The notes below the pieces were generated by a model. That model was not told the origin of the DNA, did not search any database, and saw only the letters and a program-made list of their open reading frames with translations. From Callorhinchus milii (lineage: Eukaryota), in NCBI RefSeq assembly GCF_018977255.1, contig NW_024704743.1, forward strand, positions 81,656,001 to 81,720,000: 64,000 nt of DNA. Direction: 5' to 3'. Below, one piece after another: positions 23,946 to 36,494 of this stretch. The position numbers and the translations under genes are program-made. Position 1 is the first letter of the stretch; every line of letters begins with the position of its first letter.

Positions 23946-24269
23946 CTAGAGAAATTTATTTGATAGCTTCTGAAACTCTAGTGAATTATATTCACTGGAG
24001 ATTGTTCCATACAGCAATATTGTTGTTTCCTCAACGAGTTCCAGTAGATGTAATAATAATGATGGTCACATTTGGTACAGTGCTTTTTGTTTCAGGAGGA
24101 AGTCCTGAAGCGCTTCATAGGATTTACTGTAAAGTGCAGTGATTCTATGTGGGTGAATGTGGCAGCCGATTTGTGCACAGACGTGTGACTGACACTGGCT
24201 TTTAAAAACATGCTGACTATTCCTTTTAATCTCTGTTTCTTCAGATGAACCTTTATAGCATCCCATGAA

Positions 24270-25371
24270 ACAACAACAACAACAACAAATTACATTTGTA
24301 TAGCGCCTTTCATGTCGACAGAATGTCCCAATTCAAGTGCTGGACAATCAGAGTTACGGACCTGACCTGGGGGTCGGGATTGGGGAGGGTAGAAGGCAAG
24401 GGTGGAAGCAGGGTGAACCACGGTTGAAGAGGAGGGTTTTTGATGGGAGATGATGGCAGTGATAGGTTCACGGAGCCTGGTGCAGAAGAGGAGGCTGCAG
24501 AGTTCTGGATGATGTGCAGTCTATGGAGGGAGGAGCCGGGGAGGTCAATGAGCAATGAATTTGTATAGTCAAGCCTCAATGTAATGAAGGCGTGTATGAG
24601 GGCTTTGGCGGCCTGCGGTGTGAGACAGTGGCAGAGCCGGGCGATGTTGCGGAGGTAGAGGAAGGCAGAGCGGGTCATGGCGCAAATGTGAGGTAGAAAG
24701 GATAGTTAAGGGTCAAACAAGACGCCAAGGTTCCAGACTGGCTTAGTGAGGTAGAGTGCGCATCCACGGATGGTGATGCTGTCAGTGCCTGAGGTGTGGA
24801 AGCACTGACGGGAGCCAACCAGGAGAGCCTCGGTCTTGTTGATATTCAACTGAAGAAAGTTAGCTCTCATTCAGGACTTGATGTCTGACAGACATTCTGT
24901 CAGGACAGCAGTGGCCCTGGAGTCAAGGGTGGAGGCAGAGAAATAGAGTTGTGTGTCATCTGCGTTCATGTGGAAGTTGACCCCATGTCTTTGAATGATG
25001 TCACCAAGAGGGAGCATATAGATATTAATAATAATAATATTCCTTGCATTTGATATAGCGCTTTTCACGTCTTCTAGACGTCTCAAAGCGCTTCACAGAA
25101 TATACTGCAAAGTGAATTAACTGTATATTTGTGGGCGAACGCGGCAGCCAATTACGCACAGCAGTGTCCCACAGACAGTCGTAGATTGAAAATGACCAAT
25201 TTACTATTGTTTTGTTTTGGAGGGATTATTATTAGGCGTGTGGAGTAAGGAAACTCGCCCCCAGGTTTCGCCCTGCCTGGAATTGAACTCAGGTTTCTTG
25301 CTTGCAAAGCGAGTGCTCTAACCACTGAGTTACAGGACTATTGAAGATGAGGGACCAAGGACAGAGCCCTG
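24270..25371 (-). mobile_element. L2 LINE 3' fragment, internally deleted near 24440 and interrupted by a SINE
   Basis: (CAA)n tail, then LRNIARLCHCLTPQAAKALIHAFITLRLDYTNSLL and INIYMLPLGDIIQRHGVNFHMNADDTQLY. The QGSVLGP codons lie at 25350-25371, after the SINE. Confidence 0.95.
25026..25339 (-). mobile_element. Young tRNA-Ala SINE (TAGAA loop) nested in L2
   Basis: Full body and head, flanked by a duplicated tatt of the L2 target. Confidence 0.95.
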
Positions 25372-26005
25372 AAAGCTTCTTGATCATTGTCCCCAGTATG
25401 AATGTTAGACTAGCCGGTGTATAATTCCTGGGTTCTTATCTCCCTCCTTAGCGTTGAATATTAAAATGACATTCAGTCAAAGTTCTCTAACATCACACTA
25501 GCATTCTGTTTCTCATAAAATGTAATTTCACCATACACAGATACTAGAGTTAAAATATTTTACTTTGTATCATTAAACATTTGGAATTTAGACATGATTG
25601 TAACTGTAGACTAGAAAATGTATGTACTGAAGCTGTAAAAAAAATTAATTTCTCAAAGGAGCAATATTTTCACCACAAATTCTTTACCAGCAGTTTGCTT
25701 GTAGACTGTAACCAATTGCTTGGGCCAACCAATACATTTTACAGAATAAACATATCATTTTGCATTTAGAGTTACAAACTGACAGGTAAACTTGCCTTTT
25801 GCTTCTCATGTTCTACCATTCATGCTTTAAACAGATGGAAATTCTAAACATTGTCAACATTTTTGGGGACTTCCGTAGCTGCTTGTACCTACTTGACCTC
25901 CACCTGCAGCATTACGTCATTTAATGCAGGGAGATGGGCTTTGTCAGTCCATGCTGGTTGTTTGAAGTACCATGTATCTCTCCTCCTACCACCACCAATC
26001 ATTCA

Positions 26006-26099
26006 GTGGAGTCCTGTAGCTTAGTGGGTAGAGCACTCGCCTCGCAAGCGAGAGGATTTGGATTGATTCCTTGGCAGGGTGAAACATTAGGCGTGTGGA
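26006..26099 (+). mobile_element. Isolated tRNA-Ala SINE head with a 14-bp inverted piece
   Basis: gtggagtcctgtagcttagtgggtagagcactcgc...gcagggtgaaac, followed by attaggcgtgtgga. Confidence 0.85.
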
Positions 26100-26100
26100 A

Positions 26101-26414
26101 ATAATAATTTTTACATTTGATATAGCGCTTTTCACATCGGGAGGACGTCCCAAAGCGCTTCACAGAACACACTGTAAAGTGAATTGACTGTATATTTGTG
26201 GGGGAATGCGGCAGCCAATTGCGCACAGCAATGTCCCACAAACAGTCGTAGATTGAAAATGACCAATTTATTATTGTTGTTGGTTTTTGGAGGGATTATT
26301 ATTAGGTGTGTGGAGTAAGGAAACTTGCCAAAGGTTTCGCCCTCTGCCTGGGATTGAACTCAGGTCTCTCGCTTGCAAAGCGAGTGCTCTAACCACTGAG
26401 CTACAGGACTCCAC
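26101..26414 (-). mobile_element. Young full-length tRNA-Ala SINE (CTCCC loop)
   Basis: Near-identical to the reverse complement of 17169-17499. Confidence 0.96.
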
Positions 26415-26609
26415 AGGACTACTACTAACTTGTAGTAGTTGCTCTTTTGCATTGCATTTGAATTACAAACTGCTTCAAGGAAGATGTCAGCAATATTGTC
26501 TGCAGGTTCAGGTGCTGTGGAAACAATTCTGTTATATTGTTGTGGTGGAGGGAAGAATTTCACAGATCCTTGGCACTATAGCTACTGAAAGCAAGATATA
26601 CACTTATTT

Positions 26610-26860
26610 ACTTAATAAAAATAATCCTTGCATTTTATATAGCACCTTATCACGTCACCAAGACGTCTCAGAGCCTTCACAAAACATAGTGGGTTGGCAG
26701 TGTTTTTGTGGAAGCTGCTTGTGTAAAGCAATGCCTCATAAGCAGGAGTGAGTGACTAATTTTATTTCTGGGGGGATTGTTGGCCAGGACACCAGGAGAA
26801 ACTCCCTTCTCTTTTCACATAATACCAATGAGATCTTTAACAACCACCTGAACAGGCAGC
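26610..26860 (-). mobile_element. Deu-domain SINE, 3' part
   Basis: Tail plus ggggattgttggccaggacaccaggagaaactccc...gatctttaacaaccacctgaacaggcag. Confidence 0.8.
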
Positions 26861-28179
26861 ACTAAATCAAGTACAAGGATTATTTATTATTATTATTTAC
26901 TTGCCTTTGAGTTTAAGGAGCAATATCTGAATCACGAACTGGAATCTAAAATTTGGCACTGGGTTTGGAAGGTTCAGGTTTAAAACATGTTAATCCAATG
27001 TACAATTTGACCAGATGCTCATCTCCACTCCCTTTCTGAATGTTATGTTAATCATGATTTGGCCAAGACTTTCTGAGTATTGCCAATACTTTCAGTAATA
27101 GATTGCCCAGTTACTGGATTAATTTGCTCAGATGGCTCTTCAAAGTTGCATGAGAAACAACAGGAGATGCACTAAAAAATGATTCTCAGGGCAGTAGGGA
27201 TCCAACTTAGCCATCTTACTTTACTTATGCTACCGGCAGGATCTACACATTGAAAACGAATGGAAAATACGTATTGGAATGAGAAGTATTCTTGGATCAG
27301 GTGTACGTTTATCCAGACGTTATATTGTAATTTCCTCTAGTGAGAGATCCCTGTTACTGTTATAGTGCCAGCACATATGAGCCTTCCAGGCGAAAGGGGT
27401 CCCATTGGGATCTATAGCGCAGGCTTGCAATAAATTTGATGGAGCTTCTCTCAATCTGGCCTGCTTTCTGTAACCACCGCAGTAGTTTAAGAGGGGGAGA
27501 GACAAAATGGCAGTAGCCAATGAATTTGAAAATAAATTAGAAATCTCTCCTAGCAAGTATAGTATCTTTTTAATTTATGAGATGGGGGTTGGGGTATTCT
27601 GCTCCCTGTGCTTCATGTGGGCTAATACCCATTGTTCTCTGGTTAAGTCTCACTAATTTTTCTCTGTGAATGTACAGGCTAAAATTAGTGGCAATTCCTA
27701 ACAGATGTGGTGCACAAAACACATCATGAAGCATTTTACTTCTTATAATAATAACAATTCTTGCATTTGAGGTAGCACTTTTCAACAACAACAACAGCAA
27801 CCTGCATTTATATAGCCCCCTGCACATGGGCTAGCGTCTCAGAATACCTCTCTTGTCTGAAACATAATGAGGACATCTCAAAGCACTTCACAGGATTCAC
27901 TGTAAAGTGTAGTAACTGTATATTGCAGGCATATGTATAAGTAACTTTTTTATTCTTCTTTCCTACTGCTTTTTCTCCAATTTTCTCCGCTGCCCTTTTT
28001 ATTTCTTGAAGGTTTGATTCATTCGTCTATCGAGTGAGGGCATGGTTCCAAAGGCACAATTCCTCCCCCAAGTGGCCTTTACTGAGATGGTGAAACTTGT
28101 CAGGCTATTTGACTGATGGGAGTATTACAGCTGAGCCCAAAGGTGTCCACACCAACCTGGCCACATCTAATATTGTAGA

Positions 28180-28436
28180 GGTAAGTAGGAACCTGATTGT
28201 TAGTCGATTGCAGATCACTTTCTGGGGGTAATAATCCCTTCAAAATAAATTACTAATAATTTGGTCACTCAATTCATGACTGTTTGTGGGGCATTGCTGT
28301 ATGCAATTGGCTGCTGCTTTTTGTCCACAAAATACACAGTCACTTCACTTTACAGTATAATCTGTGAAGCACTTTGAGACTCTCAATGACGTGATAAGGC
28401 ACTATATCAAATGCAAGGATTATTATTATTATTATT
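28180..28436 (+). mobile_element. Long-form tRNA-Ala SINE, 5'-truncated
   Basis: Starts at gtaagtaggaacctgattgttagtcgattg, then the shared body and ATT tail. Confidence 0.85.
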
Positions 28437-28739
28437 TCCCTCCAATAGAAGTCTCTGGACAAATATCAGATGGAACCTTAGCTGACTTCTCTCTCCACCC
28501 CCCCAACAAATGGTACTGAGGACATTGTAGAACCTAATTGTTGCCCTGACTGAGATCAGCATTGCAAAATGTCATTTGAGTTTATGAGTTTTTGGTCTGG
28601 GTGGTCCATGCTACATTGGGCCTTGATTTTACCCATTGGCAGCGATTTTTCAAACAATTGTTAAAAGCACCTTTTGATTTTATGTCTTTAATGCCATAAT
28701 ATTTACACTATAAAATTTGAAGTCAAATTGTTTATACAT

Positions 28740-30130
28740 ATATAAGCAGAGATATATTTTCGAAATGCGATTGAATTGTATAATACATCAATCAATGCAT
28801 TACATGGCTCACACAGATCAGATTAACCCCTGGAGTTTCTTTGTATGAACAGCATTCCCCCAAGACCTTCCTCCTCATTAAACTCTAAATTAATAGCTTT
28901 AATACCTGGAGTGCTGCGTCCATTAGATGGCACAAAACTAAGCATTAAATTATATCTTACGTTAAATCACAAGTTTACAAGTGAATATAATCACTTATAT
29001 CCAAAACCGTTCCACATTGCAGTTTCATTAGGTGTAATGCATATGTGTTAGGCAAAATTAAAACCAGCTGTCAGTTTATACTGGAGCCTCAATGTTTGCT
29101 AAGGCAGCATCAATGTCACTAGGATTTAAAGTGGAGCGTGAGAAGGAGGCGGGTCCTCGGTTAATCATTTGAAAATGGCAACATGCATAGGGGTGACTGA
29201 AGAGGACAATGAGAATGCAGGGGCAGAGGGAGAAAATTACTAAACACATTTCAATGAAATGTTGTTGGATTAACGCTCTTGGCAGCAGTGCAATGAAGAT
29301 ACCTCCATTAGGATTTCTTTATTTTCTCTCCGTCTCAACGAGTGAGATTTGCCTGTTGCCGGAGACTGCTGAACCAAACAGTAATGTAATGTACAGCATC
29401 AAACGTAACCAAAACATACACCGTACAGCTGAAACCTTTCAAAGCAGAGAAGGCCAGATGAATGCTGCTCGCTAGCGGCAATGATTTTTGTGGTTTGTGT
29501 GTGGTTGTGTGTGTGGGGGGAGGGAGGGGGGAAGGGGGTGAAGAAAGAAGGAAAGGGTGTGTCAAATGTGATGAGACCTCACACATTTTCAAGCCTTGTG
29601 CGCGATTGTATGAAAATCACAGTTGCTATGAGATATGATGTTCTGTTGCTAAGCAAATAAAATCAAAACTGATTATTCCATGTTGCTAACACAATGACAC
29701 CATAACTGCTCCCTCTTATAGTTTGTTTTGACTACCAAACTAACGAATTACATCACAGAACTGCTAGAGCAGCAGCACGTCACAGTTTAACTCTGCACTC
29801 AAAGTCAGAATCGTCTGAAATCTGAGCTTTACTTTTAACTTCCTATTCATTTTCCACTACACTGTGTCGATAGCAGTGACATAGTACAGCTGTCATTGAC
29901 ATTAAACAGACATTTGGTTCTGTTGTGTGCAGATTCTTCGCCCACACTAGCAATCGTTTTGTTTGTAATGGGATTTTCCTGTTCTATATAATAGATTGCT
30001 ATATTTAGCATTGCAATCACCATCTGAAAGACCCTCATTATGATGCGCAGACAGATGAAGGTTGAAATGTCGTTCAAATGCCCTTTTAAAGACGACTGAG
30101 TGAAAATTACAACTTGATGTGTTAATGCGT
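28740..30130. promoter_or_regulatory. Candidate conserved non-coding element / enhancer block
   Basis: About 1.4 kb with no recognisable repeat in a repeat-dense window. Contains PBX-HOX (ATCAATCA 28787), MEIS (CTGTCA 29068), HNF1-like (29160) and RFX-like motifs. Conservation was not tested. Confidence 0.4.
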
Positions 30131-31552
30131 TAACCCACAATATATATAGTCACTACACTTTACAATATATTTTGTGCTTTAAAATGTCCTCCTGATGTGA
30201 AAGGCACTGTATCAAGTGCAAAGGTTATTGTCAATGACGATTAGATCTCACTCTTGACAAATGCAACCATTGCCATGGACTTTAGTCAAGGTTACATCCA
30301 TGAGCAGTCTTTAGCCATTAAATGTTTCAATCATATTTTCCAACAATGTGACAAATATCAATGGTGATAATTACACAACACATATCAAACGTCTTGCTCT
30401 GAACTCTTAATACAGAACAATTTACATTTATCTAATGGCTTTCACATCAAGAGAATGCCCCAAACAACAAGTTTTACACAACTGGCAGGGCACCCAAGCT
30501 GGGGGGTGGGGAGCTGAAGAAGGTGGGTGGTGGGGGTGGTGGGGAGAGTTGACCACAAATATACTAGGGATGTTATTGGGCAATGATTTTACCTATCTCC
30601 TATACTAATGGACGCGTTACATGAACCACTTTTTATGCCTCAGGAAAACCTCTACTGAACGGACATGAATAGTCACTGTGAACTGAAAAGCACTTTGAGA
30701 TGTTTCATCCTGTTAGTGTTGTAAAAAATACTACTTCTTTCTTCTTTAGACCTGCGTCTTTGTTTTCCACAGCTCCCAGTAGCTGAATGGTCAGCGATGG
30801 AAATTTTCATTTTGTGTTTTTTCAGTTCCCAGTACATAAATAAATAGATTCCAGCTTGCTTCCCTTTGTGCCATGGCCCTACGTCAAAGGCACGCTAGTA
30901 GTGTTATTGTTGTAGTGGTTGATTTGTGGAAGAACAATTCCAAAGGTTCCATTGCAGAACCCAGGAATGATCAGGAATTTTAACTGTAAAGGCACACTGA
31001 GCGACTCTCAAGTGTCAAGTCCTAGAATTTGAGTCTCATTCATACAGCAGATCTAATGTAAAAGCAGCATGAGACTTTTAAACCACATCGGGAGTCTCAG
31101 ATTGCTGAAAGGATAATTAATCTAATTGGGAACTCTTATCATATTTGTATTGTATACTGTAAATTGTGATTTTAGGGTGATCAGTCACTGATTTTATATT
31201 GTTTGACTAAATTAAAATACTTTAATTAACCTAGGACATCTCAGTCTGCAATAATAGCTACAATTTCAGTTGAGTTTGGTAGTATAGTTTAAGATTACAT
31301 GAAATCCAGGGAGCAAATTACTGCGATTGAATCACGTTTCACCCTCAGTTATGGAGCTCTGCAAGGACAAGATGTAAAAATAGCGACATGGGAGCAAGTG
31401 TTGGACTATGGAAAGAGGAGCAAAAGACAATATCCTAAAATAACAGATATGAATATGAAGAATAAAAAGGGAATTATACATGGCTTCCTTCATGAATCAG
31501 GTGGCAAATGCATTGTTTAGAATCATAGGAACAAGGATTATATATGATAAAA

Positions 31553-32038
31553 ATAATAATCCTTGCATTTGATATAACGTCTTATCATGTTGGAACGATA
31601 TCTCAAAGCAATTTCACAGAATTTACTGTGAAACAAAGTGACTGTGTATGTATAGGCAAATGGGACAGCACAATTGCACACAGCAATGAACCAAAAGATA
31701 GCCATGGAGTGAATGACTAATTTGCTAATTTGTACAAACAATTTGCCACCAACAGGCAGGACATGAGTGACCAATTTTATCTGGACGATTGTTGGCCTGG
31801 ACACTGGGAGAAACTCCCTTCTCTTTCCTAATAGTTCCATGGGATCTTTAACATCCACCTGAACAGGCAGACAGGATTTCAGTTTTATGTCTCATCCCAA
31901 AGACAGCATCTCTGACAATGCAACACAGTACTGCACTGGAATGTTAGATTAGACTATGAGTTCATGTCTCAAAGAGATGGGATTTGAACCCACAACCTTC
32001 TGACTCAGAGTGAGTGCTGCCACTGAGCCAAGGTGACA
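31553..32038 (-). mobile_element. Deu-domain SINE, full length
   Basis: Head (reverse complement tggctcagtggcagcactca...gaaggttgtgggttcaaatccc), complete Deu-like core and ATT tail. Confidence 0.92.
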
Positions 32039-32074
32039 CAAAAGCTGAAAACAAGAACACATCATATAGATGAG

Positions 32075-32293
32075 AAGTCTCAAAGCGCTTCACAGGAATC
32101 TTAAGATTTTTTTATTCGGGGGATATTTGGTCAAGATACCAGGAGAAACTCCCCTTTTTTTGAATGGTGTTATGGGATCTATAACGTCCACCAGAAGAGG
32201 CAGGCGGGCCCTCGCTTGAACGTTTAATCTGAAAGACAGCACCAGTAACAATGCAGCCCACCCCAGCACTGCATTGAAGCTTCAGCATAGACT
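32075..32293 (-). mobile_element. Deu-domain SINE fragment
   Basis: ggatctataacgtccaccagaagaggcagg...gaaagacagcacc...aatgcagc core. Confidence 0.78.
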
Positions 32294-33106
32294 ACAACAA
32301 CAACAACAACAAAATGACATTTGTATAGTGCCTGTCACATCGGGAAGATGTCCCAAGGCGCTGGACAGACAGAATTACGGACCGTAATTCTAAACTCAAA
32401 AGTGTCAATATGTTATATATTGAATGCGTGCAGAGTGAATTTTCTGTAGAAACACCACAAGTATGTTTCGAAACAGTTCATTCATTACCTTAAAGTGTGT
32501 GGCTGTGCTTACGTGCCTGTCCCTGGTGATTGATTCCCCTCTTGTATCTGAAGTAACAGCTATTGTATCTCACAGCCCAAGCTACTTGGTTTACTTCAAT
32601 ACAAGTGGCCCTGTTCTTGGGTTACACACAGTCTTCTTTCACTTGCACTGAACGTCAGGCTATGAGATGTCTCTCTTGTCATGCCTTGTCTCTGCTTAAA
32701 CTTCACTCTGGCCATTCTGATACTTCAATACAGAATCTCACAGTAGCACAAATGAACACTGCTGCAATCTGAAGCTATCAAATAAACAATTGTAAACCCA
32801 GAATCTGCTGCCAGAGGTTCCATGGAACATTTTCAGCTGCTTGACGTAAGGATGAGATAATGTCTGGATCTCATGTGCGATAGTTGTAAAAGGGACCCTT
32901 TGTAGACCATCAGCTCTGTTAGGAAGAATTTATCAAATGTAACTGCAAGGATTATTAATTTAAGAAACTTAAAAACTGTATGCGAAACTGATACAAGCGA
33001 AGCACTTGGACTGAGCTGTCTCAGTCTGCAGCAGTTACAGTACAAGCACAGCTACAATAATTTATTTACTCATCTGTCACTCTGATTTCTGCTGTTGTCT
33101 TAGACA

Positions 33107-33665
33107 CAACAACAACAACAACAACAACAAGATTACATTTGTATAGTGCCTTTCACGTTGGGAGGATGTCCCAAGGCGCTGGACAATACAGCATTTCAGA
33201 CCCGAGCTGGGGTCAGGGGGGGGAGAAGGGAGGGGAAGTGGGGTGACCAATGGCATGGTCGAAGAGGAGGGCCTTGAGGCGGGACTTGAAGGAGGCTAAG
33301 GAGGGGGTGAGGCGGAGTGATTGGGGGATGGAATTCCAGAGGTTGGGGGCAGAATGGCTCTCCCACCAATGGTGGGGAGGGGGTTCGGGGGACATGGAGC
33401 AGGCCGGAGCCAGCTGAGCGGAAGGAACGGGCGGGTTGACAGGGTTTAGGAGGTCGCAGAGGTAGGGTGGGGCGAGGCCATCGAGAGCTTTGTAGGTGAG
33501 GACCAGGATCTTGAACTGGATCCTCTGAAGGATAGGGAGCCAATTGAGTCGGGCAAGAATGGGGGAGATGGGCTCATGGAGTTTGGTGCGGGAGAGGACA
33601 TGGGCTGCAGAGTACTGGATTATCTGCAGCCTGTGGAGGGAGAAGTTGGGAAGGCCGACAAGCAG
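33107..33665 (-). mobile_element. L2 LINE 3' end (left arm of the inverted duplication)
   Basis: (CAA)n tail and LHRLQIIQYSAAHVLSRTK...LNWLPILQRIQFKILVLTYKAL...APNLWNSIPQSLR. Confidence 0.95.
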
Positions 33666-34019
33666 ATGAACACAGAAATTTACATAATCGTGCACATACT
33701 GACTTCACTTCTGTACATACTCTACCGACAAGCACTCCGAGACACTGCCCCATGTGAAGGGCGCCATATAAATACAAGTTGTTGTTGACTTCACTCCTCC
33801 ACATACTGTACTGACTTCAATCCTGTATGTACTTTACTGATTTCTGTAAAATAATAATGTTTCAATCTCACTGATGCTGTCTTACGATTAAAAAGATTTG
33901 AAGTCTTAGAAATTAAAGATCCATTGTATTCGGAATCTGAGTTGCCAGCTAAAATTTTTGCACAAAGAACCTGCAAAGCTTTTTGGTAAAAGAGTGTGCC
34001 ATTTCAAAAGTTTGAATCT
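33107..34019 (-). repeat. Inverted duplication, left arm (pairs with 36495-37381)
   Basis: Includes ~350 bp of non-L2 sequence (33668-34019) that is the reverse complement of 36495-36836. ORFs 33791..33976(-) and 36507..36713(+) are near-identical. Confidence 0.95.
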
Positions 34020-34630
34020 GGGGTCACGGAGTTTGCTGCAGGAGAGGACACGGACTGCAGAGTTCTGGATTATGCGCAGCCTGTGGAGGGAGGAGTTGGG
34101 AAGGCTGACAAGCAGGGTGTTTGCATAGTCGAGCTTGGAGGTGATGAAGGCATGAACAAGAGTTTTACCGGCCTGAGGGGTGAGGTAGTGGCAGAGTCAG
34201 GAGATGTTACAGAGATGAAGGAAGGCAGAGTGGGTCATGGCTTGGATGTGGGGAAGAAAAGACAGTTGAGGGTTGAACAAGACACCTAGGTTCCTGACTG
34301 GCTTGGTGAGTTGAAGTGTCCAACCATGGAGGTTGATGTTTCCAGAGCCTGAGGTGCTGAGGCACTGGCGCGAGTCAATCAGGAGGGCCTCAGTCTTGTT
34401 CACATTCAACTGTAGGAAATTTGCCCTCATCCAAGACTTGATGTCCGACAGGCAGTCTGTCAGGACAGCAGTGGTCCTGGAATTGAAGGTGGAGGTAGAA
34501 AGATAGAGTTGGATGTCATCCGCATGTCTGCGGATGAGGTCACCAAGGGGGAGCATATGGATATTAAAGAGCAGAGCCCTGGGGGATGCCAGATGTGACA
34601 GTGCGCGGGCTGGAGGAGAAACCATGAGAG
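34020..34630 (-). mobile_element. L2 LINE RT fragment (upstream part of the element ending at 33107)
   Basis: LLFNIHMLPLGDLIRRHADDIQLYLS...CLSDIKSWMRANFLQLNVNKTEALL. Confidence 0.94.
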
Positions 34631-36494
34631 GAAACAAAGTGGAGAAATCAAATAGAAACTCAAGAGGGTGATGGGTTGAGCCAAATGGGGTGGAAAAGAT
34701 TCTGAAGTCAATGTAGCTAATGGCCAGATAAGTTTGATTTGTAAACCACAACTCAAGTTTAAAGATTTGTGTAGGAATACAATGGAGCGTATAGCAATCT
34801 ATTGTCCAGTTTAATGACTGTAGCCCAAAGCAGCCATCCAGAGCCTGAAAACAATACTGCCTCTGAGTCCTTATCTCTGCTTGTGAAAATGTACTACTGT
34901 ATTCAGCATGTGAGCTGGTTACATAAAAGAAACGTCACTGTTCCAATGTCTCCCAGTACACCAAGCAGATTGACTTTGAGTCTGACCCACCTATGCAATC
35001 TCATCCAATCTTATTTTCTGCATTTTCTATTTTGGAATACTGCTCACTCCTCACTCTCTCTGTTGCACCATTTGTTGAATGAATCCCTCAGCCACTAAGC
35101 TCCCATTCTCTCCAACAAAACCTTGGTCCCATTTCCTCGCTCCACCTCTGCCTCCAAAACCCACCTTAAAAATATCCTTTGAATCATGATTTTTATCAAC
35201 ATGCCTAACATTTCCTGCTCAATGCTCCCAATGATAATTGAGTGCTTTGACATGTTAAATCTATTCAAAAGATATTATATAAGTACAAGTTGCTGTGCTG
35301 ACATTGCACGTTTGTGGTATCCAGTGCAAGTGCTGACACTATATATTGGCAGTTCTAGTCCTTACTTTGTAAAATTTAGAGAGTACCCAAATGCCCATTG
35401 CACTGGCCTTTAAATGCTGTATGACAGGGAACTGTCATATTCCCTCCAGTATTTTCCCTCCAGTATTTTCCAGCTTCCGACATTTCACTGCAGTCTCAGG
35501 TTGTTGAGCAGGGTTCTGTTCTTGCATTAAAAAACGTGCGTGGGCAAAATCCTACCTTCTCTGACGCGGGGATAGGATAAAACTGGCAGCATTTGACTGC
35601 CTGTTCGCACCTCACTCAGAAATGCTCCTAATACCACACCAGTTTAACTGGAGCTTTGGAGGCTCATGCATATGAATCCACACGCTGCTGAAATCGATCC
35701 TCATAACATCCAGACACAAATAAATGAACAGAGTGATTTCAACACTGCTCTGTTTTCAAATTATCCCCATTTGGAACTATTGCAATTCCAAGCCTTACTG
35801 AGAGGCATTCAGTTCTGATTTTATGGTTCTGGCAGAGCTTATGCACTTGGGTTTTCACGCTCTTCCAAGTGCACTCCTCCTGGATTGAGAGATTGGACAG
35901 TGAAGGCTTTACCTGCCAGTCTTGTGCCAATGCAGACCCATTATTTCATCTGCATCAATGTGCTTAGGAGCACTCAGGCAAACACAAGCAGAAAGACCTC
36001 CAGATCCCATTGACTGCCAATCCAGCACTGAATTTTGCCACAGGTTTCTATATTGTTTCTATATTGAGAGCGGTTTTTGGCACAATTCAAGCCATTTTTC
36101 CTTTGGCTCTTTCTCCTAGCTGTTAACCTTTCATACAATCCTCAGTACTAAAAGTCTATTTTTTTCAGTTTGTGTCGGGCTAACATTGTGAAGTTTGAGA
36201 TATGCTACATGAGTGTGTAGAGTGGCCTTGGTTTGCATCATTACATCAAGAGACCCCTGTCTCGATTTAAAAACAGATCTGTGTTCAGAATCTCTCTAAC
36301 ATCCTCAATCAGGATAAAACATCCACATCTACTCTCTTGATTTTGCAGACAGGCAGTCCAACCACAATTTTGAATGCTTTTGAGTTACAGCACAAGTCAG
36401 TATCAAAGATAATTGCATACATGGAAGTCTGCAATTTGTACCATGTGTTTGAACCATTTCTATGATGTTATCTTTATAAACAATTCTTTGTGCA

